DNA of 63,998 bases, filler included. It is 5 parts of 5 records of this genome, joined end to end, with 100 filler letters (N's around TTAATTAATTAA, not from the genome) between each part and the next. Parts side by side here need not be neighbours in the genome. Positions count along the whole stretch, not along the records: positions 1 to 27,322 come from SRR20825010_1526; 4 more parts are not named here. One strand, given 5' to 3'. Below the pieces are notes generated by a model, which had not been told where the DNA came from, searched no databases, and saw nothing but the letters and a program-made list of their open reading frames with translations. Position numbers and translations under genes: made by a program. The first letter of the stretch is position 1; each line of letters opens with the position of its first letter. Positions 10,157 through 19,191 of the stretch are shown here, piece after piece.

Positions 10157-10981
10157 TTATGCCTCCTTTTGAAAAGTAAAAAGTGGTATTCTAGTTTGAA
10201 ATGCCGTATTTTGGGTGACGCTCTTTTGAAATACCTTTTCTAAAAAGTTGGTATGATGGGTAAACATGATTACCATATCGGCGTCAACGTCGGCCACAAA
10301 CTTATTGATGCCCAATACAACGGAGTTGATTTTTAGTTCGGTCATTTTTATCTTTTGATAAGAAAAATCTTTTATTAAACTCTTTTCCTTTTGCTGTAGA
10401 TCCCCTTCAAAACCCTCATCATCCTTATCAATATGAAGAATTTGAATCCATGCATCCATTAATTTTGCGAAAGGGATAATTAGATCAAGCTCTTTCTCAA
10501 GATTGTAAAAGTCGCTGGAGTATACAATGTTTTTGATACCCTTATAACGGGCAAATTCAGGAATGGTAAGCACAGGGATACTACTTTTCTCTATTATACT
10601 GGCGGCATTACTACCAAAAAGAATCTTTTTAAGCCCACTGGCACCTTTGGTTCCGATACAAACAATATCGATATCATTTTTTAGGGCGGTCGTCTCAACG
10701 TATTTTCCTATAGACGTACCTGAGGTAATTTCATAGCTTATATCTACATTATGGCTATTATCTTTTTTTATGGACGCCAAAAGTTCTTTCATTGCCCTTT
10801 CCGAACTAGTTTTTATGGCCTCTTGAAGTTTAAGGGAACCCACTCTGGCCATTGAAGGTGTATTGGTGTCTATTACATGGAGCAACATAAGCTTTACTTC
10901 CAAGTCCTTGCTCATATCTACAGCATACTTGATCGCTACCTTGGATAATTCCGAAAAATCTGTTGGGATTAAAATTCTCAT
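10157..10981 (-). CDS. universal stress protein (tandem USP)
   Basis: ILIPTDFS, GTKGASGLKKILFGSNA, PVLTIP. Confidence 0.95.
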   Translation of the reverse strand: MRILIPTDFSELSKVAIKYAVDMSKDLEVKLMLLHVIDTNTPSMARVGSLKLQEAIKTSSERAMKELLASIKKDNSHNVDISYEITSGTSIGKYVETTALKNDIDIVCIGTKGASGLKKILFGSNAASIIEKSSIPVLTIPEFARYKGIKNIVYSSDFYNLEKELDLIIPFAKLMDAWIQILHIDKDDEGFEGDLQQKEKSLIKDFSYQKIKMTELKINSVVLGINKFVADVDADMVIMFTHHTNFLEKVFQKSVTQNTAFQTRIPLFTFQKEA

Positions 10982-11007
10982 ATAAAAACTGTTTTAGGTT
11001 TATACTT

Positions 11008-11050
11008 TAAAAATATCCAACTCCTGGGTCAAATAATATGATATTGGTCA
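11008..11050 (-). promoter_or_regulatory. Fnr-like box plus Bacteroidetes -7 element for usp 1
   Basis: TGACCAATATCA (11039-11050), a 23-nt gap, then TATTTTTA (11008-11015). Confidence 0.55.
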
Positions 11051-11259
11051 TCCCTAGTAATAATATATGACGGACCCACATGTTCTACCATCCTTAAATA
11101 TATCTAAACTATAAAATGTTGTGGTCTTTTTAATGAACTCCGTGAGTAGGTAGTCTTCCTGTTGGCTCCTATTGTAGCGCTTAGCACACCCCTTTAACGT
11201 ATTATTCCAAGCCAGGCGCATTGCCCAAGTCCTGAAAATCTGTCACAGGGCTTTCAACC

Positions 11260-12099
11260 TCATCTTCTAATCTCGTGTAAGGCCAACACCGGAATGCCAG
11301 TGTGATAATTAAGGTTCTTCACCATTGGCCGTGATAAAATCATTCCAAAAAAACTATGTCTTCTATTAATGAAGGAAACCATATCACTCCCACGACTTTC
11401 TATAAATGAATTGATTGCAGCTTGAACATCTTTATTTTTTAGGGTATGAAACGAGTAGTCCAGATCTTCAAAATAATCCTTTAATAAATTTTTATTATTG
11501 ACTTGATCCTCATCAAGACTTTCATTTTTATTAACCACATTTAGCACTACAATGGACGAATTGGACATTTTTGCTATGTCGACCAAGTATTGAAATTCAC
11601 GCCTTTTAAAGGTTGTTCTATAATCTGTTGGAAAAACAATTTCCTTTATTTCCTTATAGATCGTTTTTGATGGGATGGCAAGCACGGGACAATTTCTGAT
11701 TTCTTCCATAGCAAGCACCGTTTGGCTCCCGAATATTTCAATTCTGGAATTCGTTGCTCCCTGGGTGCCCATGACAACCATTTCGATATCCTGTTTATCC
11801 ACCATGGTCTTAATTATGTCCAATAGATTACCACATTCGGATACCACATGGAATTCATGATTCCTTGAATTATCATCATGTGATAGCCATTCAAGAATAA
11901 CCCTCAAGCCACCGATCGATTTTTTCCTAAATTCCTCCAAATCCCTAGCAATAGCAAGCTCCATTGTATAGGGTTCTGCATTATACGTATTTAGTATATA
12001 AAATACACAGGTTTCGTTCTTAAACAGTTTAACTGCATATTCAATGGCGTTTTGGGCGTTTTTTGAAAAATCTGTAGGACAAAGAATTCTTCGTTTCAT
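11260..12099 (-). CDS. universal stress protein (tandem USP)
   Basis: ILCPTDFS, MGTQGA..IFGS, CPVLAIP; ATG 12099. Confidence 0.95.
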   Translation of the reverse strand: MKRRILCPTDFSKNAQNAIEYAVKLFKNETCVFYILNTYNAEPYTMELAIARDLEEFRKKSIGGLRVILEWLSHDDNSRNHEFHVVSECGNLLDIIKTMVDKQDIEMVVMGTQGATNSRIEIFGSQTVLAMEEIRNCPVLAIPSKTIYKEIKEIVFPTDYRTTFKRREFQYLVDIAKMSNSSIVVLNVVNKNESLDEDQVNNKNLLKDYFEDLDYSFHTLKNKDVQAAINSFIESRGSDMVSFINRRHSFFGMILSRPMVKNLNYHTGIPVLALHEIRR

Positions 12100-12127
12100 A
12101 AAAATCAAGTATTTAAACGTTTAGAAT

Positions 12128-12170
12128 CAAATATATCCTTATAATAATTAGGCAACAATGATATTTATCA
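12128..12170 (-). promoter_or_regulatory. Fnr-like box plus Bacteroidetes -7 element for usp 2
   Basis: TGATAAATATCA (12159-12170; TGAT-N4-ATCA), a 23-nt gap, then TATATTTG (12128-12135; TAnnTTTG). Confidence 0.65.
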
Positions 12171-12527
12171 GATAAGCTTCCAATACCAGTTCTCTGAAAA
12201 TGCACCTATAGAAGAGCCGATCACCTTAGGTATTATTATATAATGCTTTTGGTCTAGCAAATAAGTCCTCCTTCCCATTACTGGGTCCGGTAATGGACAG
12301 TTAGATAATGGCCAATGTAATTTTATAGTATTAGAGATTACAAAAGATTTCAGACCGCGCTAAACCTTTGCAATATTTAATCCTCTAAATCTATAGTGAA
12401 AAACTTGACAATATTTATTTAAAAAGAAGTTACAAAAGTGTATCCCCCTCTTAACCGTTTTCTTTCTTCCGTTAAGAATGTTGCCTTCGTTTGTGCCAAC
12501 AAACTTGAACAACAACCTGGATGCATC

Positions 12528-13244
12528 CTAAAACATGCTATAAAGGGTAGTTACTATTGCCCCTTTCCCATCATTGGAAACATGGGATAACAATTGCTTT
12601 TCCTCCTTTACCTTCAAATTGAATGGTGGGGCCAATAGGTTTAGACCGCTTTGTTTTTTTAACCTAATGCCCTGTCCAGAAATAATATCCTTATTGGGTA
12701 CAAAATCCCCTTCAGGTAAATGCTCCGTTATCACGACATATTTATACTTGGACAACTTACCCGCTACACTATGTACCTCAGCGTTGGATAAATGTTGAAG
12801 CACTTGTCTCACTATAGCACAATCCCCGGAAGGCAGATCATCCATGGCGATATCCAAACATTGGAATTCCAAATTTCCTTCCTCAAATTTTTTCCTATTA
12901 CGTGCTATGAGCCCTGGTACTATATCTATGCCTGTGTACTTCTTGGTATGCCTTACCAATTGCTTCCCTACATTAAAGTCCCCGCAACCTAAATCGCACA
13001 CGGAAAGGGGTTCTTTAAAAGAACTCAAGAATGATGTTAAAATAGCTATATATGGATTTAAAATTTCAGGATGATGTGACCCTTCACCAGAATAATAATC
13101 GGAATTATCACCGCCCCACAGTTTCATTTCATAAACCTGTTCCATTGCCGCTTTGGTAGGCCAAGGCTTCTTCTTTATTTTATTTCCAATTTCCTCCTTC
13201 TTCACAAACATTAATATTTGCATTATTCTCCGACCTAAAAACAA
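12528..13244 (-). CDS. class I SAM-dependent methyltransferase
   Basis: YSGEGS, VCDLGCGDF motif I, RQVLQHL; start uncertain. Confidence 0.88.
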   Translation of the reverse strand: MFLGRRIMQILMFVKKEEIGNKIKKKPWPTKAAMEQVYEMKLWGGDNSDYYSGEGSHHPEILNPYIAILTSFLSSFKEPLSVCDLGCGDFNVGKQLVRHTKKYTGIDIVPGLIARNRKKFEEGNLEFQCLDIAMDDLPSGDCAIVRQVLQHLSNAEVHSVAGKLSKYKYVVITEHLPEGDFVPNKDIISGQGIRLKKQSGLNLLAPPFNLKVKEEKQLLSHVSNDGKGAIVTTLYSMF

Positions 13245-13301
13245 ACGTACAGCAATAACGCAGATGATAAAACTTATTGAAATACCTTGACTTTGAAAAA
13301 T

Positions 13302-13841
13302 TTATGCCAATTTGCTCCTATTTTTTAAAATAACAAGGGTTACAACATAAATAAGTACGATGGCCAAGGGGATGGCTACAAATCTTAAGTCTGGAAAAAG
13401 GTACCACAAAATTACAATACTTACGGTTCTTGCTATAGCGTGTACTATGCCTATCCAATGCTGAATGATCCAGGAAAAAGGCAGCCACATGGTCCCTGTT
13501 AGTATGCCTACAGACAAGGGCAATGAAGTATAATCAATCAAGAAAAACGGAATAGCAATAGCATAGGCCAAAACAGCTTGTGCAACAGTGAAAAAGAATA
13601 ATCCGTCGAAAACATTCTTAGTTTTGTTCTTATCCAAAAAATTCTCGCCCGTGAACTTTGAAATAAACAAGGCCAAATATACAATGCTTCCAGTAGCAAT
13701 AAAAAGCACCCAAACTGTAACTCTATCCGAGAAAAACATACCTGAAATGGCTACCAACAACCAAGCTACTAAACCTGAAAGAGGCGTTGCCAAAAATGGA
13801 CCTTTTGAAAATTCCTGTCGTTGTTGCTCCAATGTCTTCAT
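13302..13841 (-). CDS. conserved hypothetical membrane protein (DUF7010-like)
   Basis: About 6 TM; GILTGTMWLPFSWII motif. Confidence 0.7.
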   Translation of the reverse strand: MKTLEQQRQEFSKGPFLATPLSGLVAWLLVAISGMFFSDRVTVWVLFIATGSIVYLALFISKFTGENFLDKNKTKNVFDGLFFFTVAQAVLAYAIAIPFFLIDYTSLPLSVGILTGTMWLPFSWIIQHWIGIVHAIARTVSIVILWYLFPDLRFVAIPLAIVLIYVVTLVILKNRSKLA

Positions 13842-13860
13842 TCCATAAAATTAATATATT

Positions 13861-14568
13861 CTACCGGGAGACCTGCTTTCCAGTATTATAATTTTTCTCC
13901 TTTTTTAGCCCTTTGAACAATAGCCATATGGTAAATGATAGCTCCCCAATTACTCCTGTCAATACCACGCCCATTTCAAAATAGGGTCGGTAAACAAGGT
14001 AATTTTCATATGCTAATTTTGCTATACCATCCAACATATAACCCATAGCAGCCAGTAGTAAAAACAGGCCGATAAATTTTGGGATAAAGGTGGATTTCAA
14101 ACTAAGAAATCCAAGAACTATCAAGTGCAGGCCAAAAATCAATAATCCCAAAGTCCATACTAAATCAAAATCCGACACAAGATTCATTACTTCGAGTTCC
14201 AGGCCAATAGCACTCTCCGCTTCGGCTGTGAGTTGGTATGCCCTCCACAATTTTGACAAAGCTATACCGAAAAAAATAGCATGCATTAGTCGGAAAAAAG
14301 AGGCCACAAAAGATAAATTCCTACTGACCGATTGCGTCAAATAGAAAAGTGACCATACCAATAGAACATCAAAGAACAACATCAGTACAAATCCTAGCAG
14401 ACCGTATCCAAACTGAGAGTGTCCGTTCACAAAATTTGTAAGCGTGACTGTAGGGCTATGAATATCTACCAGACTTTCAAGTACAGAAAAATTGGCATAA
14501 AAACCTGAAAGGAAAATCATTAAATAGGCTATTCCAGAAATTTTTGCGATTTGTTTCATGCGTACCAT
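13861..14568 (-). CDS. DUF4386 family membrane protein
   Basis: AKISGIAYL, FGLHLIVLG, IPKFIG, GELSFTIWLL motifs. Confidence 0.85.
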   Translation of the reverse strand: MVRMKQIAKISGIAYLMIFLSGFYANFSVLESLVDIHSPTVTLTNFVNGHSQFGYGLLGFVLMLFFDVLLVWSLFYLTQSVSRNLSFVASFFRLMHAIFFGIALSKLWRAYQLTAEAESAIGLELEVMNLVSDFDLVWTLGLLIFGLHLIVLGFLSLKSTFIPKFIGLFLLLAAMGYMLDGIAKLAYENYLVYRPYFEMGVVLTGVIGELSFTIWLLFKGLKKEKNYNTGKQVSR

Positions 14569-14582
14569 CTTTATGATTTGTG

Positions 14583-14626
14583 CGAAACTATTGTCTTTAA
14601 AATTTAAATATATTGACTTTAGTTAA
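14583..14626 (-). promoter_or_regulatory. Crp/Fnr-type palindrome plus -7 element for the DUF4386 operon
   Basis: TTGAC-TTTA-GTTAA (14613-14626), a 22-nt gap, then TAGTTTCG on the minus strand (14583-14590). Confidence 0.55.
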
Positions 14627-14712
14627 GATTAACGCGCCTTACCTTGTTCCTAACGGGATTTTTTTCGAATTTTAAACAGAAATCTAATAAAGAATAATCC
14701 AATCTGTGAATA

Positions 14713-15291
14713 ATGTATGACCTCCTCATTGGAAATATAAAGGAATTAGTTCCTATTACCGAAGATGAATCCAAGCTGATCCAGAAATCGTTTGAGCCCG
14801 TATCCCTCAAAAAGAAACAATTTTTACTTCAAAGCGGGGAATACTCCAATCATATGCGCTTTATTTCCGAAGGATGCGTAAAACTTTTTAGTATAGATGA
14901 ATTGGGCGCTGAACATATTCTGCAATTTGGAATAAGTGGATGGTGGATCAACGACCTGTACGCCTATCTCACCCAGAAACCTGCCACTTTCTTTATTCAG
15001 GCCATAACGCAGAGTACAGTGATGCAAATTCATAGGGATAGATTAAATGATCTCTTTGATAAAATCCATATGATGGATCGATTTTTCCGTATCAAAACCC
15101 AAAACGGTTATGTAGCCCTTCAGGAAAGAACGATCAACAATATGAGTCAGTCTGCCGAGCAACGTTACCTTGAGTTTATTGGACGTTACCGGGACATAGA
15201 ACAACAAATTCCTCAATATATGCTTGCCTCCTACTTGGGAGTCACTCCTGAACACCTAAGTACAATCCGAAAAAATTTAAGGGATTATTAG
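14713..15291 (+). CDS. Crp/Fnr family transcriptional regulator
   Basis: cNMP-binding N-terminus; IPQYMLASYLGVTPEHLSTIRK HTH. Confidence 0.95.
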   Translation: MYDLLIGNIKELVPITEDESKLIQKSFEPVSLKKKQFLLQSGEYSNHMRFISEGCVKLFSIDELGAEHILQFGISGWWINDLYAYLTQKPATFFIQAITQSTVMQIHRDRLNDLFDKIHMMDRFFRIKTQNGYVALQERTINNMSQSAEQRYLEFIGRYRDIEQQIPQYMLASYLGVTPEHLSTIRKNLRDY

Positions 15292-15296
15292 CGTTC

Positions 15297-15340
15297 TTAA
15301 GATACCTTAATGAAATAGTTCCCCATGGTTTTGATATTTG
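15297..15340 (+). promoter_or_regulatory. perfect palindrome plus -7 element for the cyclase operon
   Basis: TTAAG-ATAC-CTTAA (15297-15310), a 22-nt gap, then GATATTTG (15333-15340). Confidence 0.6.
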
Positions 15341-15361
15341 CTCCAACAAAATATTTTAATC

Positions 15362-16342
15362 ATGAAAAGGACAAAAATTTTTATTGCAATCCTGCTCTTT
15401 TTTCAATTTTTGGCTATAGGGCAGCAACATGAAACAGAGGGCAAAAGTCCATGGGGACCACAGGATCAAATTGGCACCCTAAATATGATGACCGAAGCTT
15501 CTAAGCTAGAGGTACTATCCAAAATATCCTCCGGAAAGACCTACGACCTTAGTGTAGATTACTTTGTTGGAATGCCCAGCTTTCATTCCTTGGGAGATCC
15601 TGGATACCAGTATTGGCTTACACATACACCACATGGTACTATAGTGGACAATCCCAATGGTCTAGGAGAGAAAATGAACAAAAAGGTTAGCTATACCGGG
15701 GACGCCATCTCCATGTACACCCATATGGGGACGCATATAGATGCATTGAACCACTTTGGTCTAGATGGTAAAATATGGAATGGATATACCACAGAGGAAT
15801 ACCTTGGGGACAAGGGCTGGAAGAAGACCGGAGCAGAAACCATTCCGCCAATTATTGCCAGGGGAGTACTATTGGACGTAGCGGATGCCAAAGGACCACT
15901 TCCAAAAAACTATCGCATCACTTCCCAGGACCTTCAGCTCACCTTAGAGAAACAGGGGGTGGAGCTAAAACCCGGAGACGTTGTATTGATCAGGACGGGC
16001 CAAGCCGAGTTTTATGAAGATGCCCAGCACTATTTGGATAACTATCCAGGTATAGGTCTTGATGCCGTAAAGTGGTTGGTAGAGGAGAAAGGAATTATGC
16101 TCCTAGGTGGGGATAACCTTAGTTTTGAGGCCTTTCCGCCAGAACGGGAAGACAATTGGGTACCTGTGCATACATACCTGCTTGCGGAAAAAGGAGTAAT
16201 GTTTATAGAGCAGCTATATTTGGAAAAACTATCCAAAGACGCGGTGTATGAATTTGCGTTCATTGCAGCCTCCCTGAAATTAAGGGGTGCCAGCGCCTCC
16301 CCTATGCGGCCCATAGCCATCCCAATGAACATGAAAGAGTAA
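15362..16342 (+). CDS. cyclase family metal-dependent hydrolase (kynurenine formamidase/isatin hydrolase fold) with signal peptide
   Basis: WGPQDQIGTLN, HMGTHIDALNH, GDVVLIRTG, PVHTYLL; hydrophobic N-terminus. Confidence 0.9.
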   Translation: MKRTKIFIAILLFFQFLAIGQQHETEGKSPWGPQDQIGTLNMMTEASKLEVLSKISSGKTYDLSVDYFVGMPSFHSLGDPGYQYWLTHTPHGTIVDNPNGLGEKMNKKVSYTGDAISMYTHMGTHIDALNHFGLDGKIWNGYTTEEYLGDKGWKKTGAETIPPIIARGVLLDVADAKGPLPKNYRITSQDLQLTLEKQGVELKPGDVVLIRTGQAEFYEDAQHYLDNYPGIGLDAVKWLVEEKGIMLLGGDNLSFEAFPPEREDNWVPVHTYLLAEKGVMFIEQLYLEKLSKDAVYEFAFIAASLKLRGASASPMRPIAIPMNMKE

Positions 16343-16346
16343 AGCC

Positions 16347-16793
16347 ATGAACAATTCATCATTATTACTGCTTTCGTTTTCGGTAGGTATTTTGGTCGTA
16401 ATCCAAGGTGGAATAAACGCTAGGCTTGGGGTACTGCTAAACAGCAGCTTGTTGGCTACATCAGCAGCCTTGATTATGAGTGCGAGTTTTACACTAATTG
16501 CGGTTTTCATGACCGTCCGCGAACTTCCAAGTACAGACCAAATACAATCGATCCCTGCCTATATGTGGTTTACGGGAGGCGCTCTAAGTTTCTTGGCAGT
16601 AACGCTCTTTTACTACATCATTCCACGTATTGGGATATCTACAGCGGTAGTTTTTGGGCTTAGTGGTCAAATAATTTTTGCTGCTATAGCAGGGCATTTT
16701 GGTTGGTTTGGAATGCCCTTGGAACCCATGACCATTAAAAAAATTATGGGAATGTTAGTGATGACCTTGGGAATAATACTCATAAAATATTAA
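16347..16793 (+). CDS. DMT family transporter (YdcZ-like)
   Basis: QGGINARL, WFTGG, GQIIFA..HFGWFG. Confidence 0.88.
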   Translation: MNNSSLLLLSFSVGILVVIQGGINARLGVLLNSSLLATSAALIMSASFTLIAVFMTVRELPSTDQIQSIPAYMWFTGGALSFLAVTLFYYIIPRIGISTAVVFGLSGQIIFAAIAGHFGWFGMPLEPMTIKKIMGMLVMTLGIILIKY

Positions 16794-16797
16794 AGTG

Positions 16798-17514
16798 ATG
16801 GATTTAACCAGAGAAAACATAAGGAATCTAACTAATCTATGGAGCCTGGCAGGCAGGGCCAATGGCCAATTTTACAGCGATGATGATTACGCCATAAGCA
16901 CTGTGGCAGCATCAGAATGGCCCAATAAACTATGGTTTCATCGGCCTCCGAGCAGAAAGAAATTGGAAGAAATTCTAGATAGAACCAATATCGCCGGGTT
17001 CACCATCCCCGTATGGCAAACCAATGTCACCGAGAAACTTTTATTGTCCCAAAACTTTATACTAAAAAATGAACTGACCGGCATGTCCATACAGCTGAAG
17101 GATAACCACTACCATACCAGTGAACTATCCTTCCAAAAGGTAACGGACACTGGCACAGCTGCACTGTGGTCCAGTCTTTTTCTTAAGGCTTTTGGATATT
17201 GTATCAGCCCGGAAACGGTAGTACTCACCATGAACCGGGTAGACTATCTCATTGGGTACCAGGGATCCCAATCTATTGGGACAGCTGTTCTTTTTAGGGA
17301 CACCCCTAATTTGGCCGGTATTCACTCCATTGGTGTTGTCCCGGACCATAGACGAAAGGGATATGCAGCAGACCTACTGAACCATGTTCTAAACTTGGCC
17401 AAGCAACAGGGGGCCATATATGCTACCCTACAGGCCTCACAAATGGCAAAGGGACTTTATTTAAAAACTGGATTTCGAGAAGATTTCCTCCTTAAAAATT
17501 TTGTAAAACATTAA
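16798..17514 (+). CDS. GNAT family N-acetyltransferase
   Basis: VVPDHRRKGYA motif A; LQAS..GLYLKTGF. Confidence 0.9.
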   Translation: MDLTRENIRNLTNLWSLAGRANGQFYSDDDYAISTVAASEWPNKLWFHRPPSRKKLEEILDRTNIAGFTIPVWQTNVTEKLLLSQNFILKNELTGMSIQLKDNHYHTSELSFQKVTDTGTAALWSSLFLKAFGYCISPETVVLTMNRVDYLIGYQGSQSIGTAVLFRDTPNLAGIHSIGVVPDHRRKGYAADLLNHVLNLAKQQGAIYATLQASQMAKGLYLKTGFREDFLLKNFVKH

Positions 17515-17525
17515 AACATAAAAAA

Positions 17526-18155
17526 ATGAACTTAATAGACAATCTTAATTGGCGATATGCCACCAAAATGTTCGACCCAAAAAGAAAAGTAAGCGAGCAA
17601 GACCTGGAATATCTAAAAGAAGCCATAAGGCTTTCCGTATCCTCCTATGGCCTGCAACTTTATAAGGTATTAATCATTGAAAACGATGAAATCAGGGCAG
17701 CACTGCGAAAAGCCTCTTGGGACCAATCGCAAATTACCGACGCATCCCAGCTCTTCGTTTTTTGTAATTACACCCTTGACTATGATCGGCACGTAGATGA
17801 TTTTATACAACGAATTATGACTGCTCAAGGGAATTCGTCCGAAGGTATAAAAGAGTATGGGGAATTCATTAAGACCAGTATCGCAAAGATGTCCGCTGAA
17901 GATCGGAAAAGCTGGTCGGAAAAGCAGACCTATCTGGCCTTGAACAACCTTCTAATTGCCAGCGCAGAGCTAAAAATAGACGCCTGTCCCATGGAAGGGT
18001 TTAACAACCAGGCCTACAATCAAATACTGGGATTGGATGAGCTAGGACTTAATGCAGCCGTGATAGCCCCAGTAGGTTATAGATCTGCTTCGGACAAAAC
18101 ACAGAATAGAAAAAAGGTTAGAAAAACCAAGGAAGAATTGTTTCAAACTGCCTAA
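17526..18155 (+). CDS. NAD(P)H-dependent nitroreductase (NfsB-like)
   Basis: WRYATKMFD, SSYGLQ, DACPMEGF, GYRS. Confidence 0.93.
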   Translation: MNLIDNLNWRYATKMFDPKRKVSEQDLEYLKEAIRLSVSSYGLQLYKVLIIENDEIRAALRKASWDQSQITDASQLFVFCNYTLDYDRHVDDFIQRIMTAQGNSSEGIKEYGEFIKTSIAKMSAEDRKSWSEKQTYLALNNLLIASAELKIDACPMEGFNNQAYNQILGLDELGLNAAVIAPVGYRSASDKTQNRKKVRKTKEELFQTA

Positions 18156-18223
18156 CTAACATGAATTCAACATAAAAAATAATTACAAGACATTGATTTA
18201 GTGCAAATTAAAAAATTACTACT

Positions 18224-18318
18224 GTCTCCTCGAGCCTGCCTCCGGAAGGCAGGCAGAGTCGAGAGGTTATTGTACTATAACGCTTTTTAATTGAGGTCTC
18301 GACTACGCTCGACCGGAC
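18224..18318. repeat. inverted pair of REP-like palindromes (REPIN-like), first copy interrupted by a 19-bp palindrome
   Basis: GTCTCCTCGAG[CCTGCCTCCGGAAGGCAGG]CAGAGTCGAGAGG at 18224-18266 and TCTCGACTACGCTCGACCGGAC at 18297-18318. Confidence 0.7.
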
Positions 18319-18395
18319 AAAATTATCATAAAGAACTTATTGACAATTAAATGTAAATCGAACTCACGATAACTAAATAGAATTGAAAAAAAGTA

Positions 18396-18436
18396 TGGCA
18401 AGTCCAACATCCAAATAAAGCAGGTTGGACTTGCCA
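18396..18436. terminator. 13-bp perfect inverted repeat, possible terminator or RNA hairpin
   Basis: TGGCAAGTCCAAC...GTTGGACTTGCCA flanked by A-runs. Confidence 0.5.
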
Positions 18437-18459
18437 AAAATTAACTAAAGAAAAATAGT

Positions 18460-18813
18460 ATGCCACACTTTGTAATTGATTGCTCAGAAAACATATTAAA
18501 CAAAAAGACTCCAAACGAAATCATACAGAGAGTTTATGATTCCGCTGAAGCATCCGGTCTTTTTGAAGACGGGGACATTAAGGTAAGGATCAATCCCTTC
18601 AAATATTATACGATAGGCAATACCAGGAACGACTTTATGCACATTTTTGCCAATATTATGGAAGGAAGAAGCATTCTCGAAAAAAGTGATTTATCGAGAA
18701 GAATAGTTTCTGAATTGACATCAATGCTTCCCGAAGTTCCCATTATTTCCATAAACATCCGGGATTTTGAGAAAGCCACCTACTGCAATAAATCGATGGT
18801 GGAAGGAAAGTAA
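18460..18813 (+). CDS. 5-carboxymethyl-2-hydroxymuconate isomerase family (tautomerase)
   Basis: Catalytic N-terminal Pro (MPHFVIDCS), SGLF..DIKVR, IMEGR. Confidence 0.9.
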   Translation: MPHFVIDCSENILNKKTPNEIIQRVYDSAEASGLFEDGDIKVRINPFKYYTIGNTRNDFMHIFANIMEGRSILEKSDLSRRIVSELTSMLPEVPIISINIRDFEKATYCNKSMVEGK

Positions 18814-19191
18814 GCATGGAAATATCAGGGATAATATTGAAACAAATTCTAGTCCTTGGCGCAACTTTAGCTATTATTTACATCTATGGAAATGTTAAGA
18901 ATATTGTATTCATTTTAAAGTGAATGCAAACTATATATTTTGGAAGGTACAATCCATTCAGAATTGAAAAAGCAAAGCAATTGGTTTTGTCAGAGATAAT
19001 TGTTTGCAGAATGATTATGGACAAGCTAGTATCCAATGGATAAAATAACCCATGTCCATATGCAAGGTTTGCTTGGAACAAGGAATCAAATGTATAATAT
19101 TGGGACAATAATCTGTAACATTTACACAGTTTCTATCACCAATGTTGGATTATACTAGTATCACCATTGAGATTAAAAATGAATGTTTTAA

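Noticed and set aside
18817-19050. Two short consecutive ORFs after the CHMI gene
   Set aside because: No family similarity recognised; cannot distinguish a relic from chance
19114-19126. TGTAA-CAT-TTACA palindrome upstream of the MFS gene
   Set aside because: Short, AT-rich, single occurrence with no linked regulator
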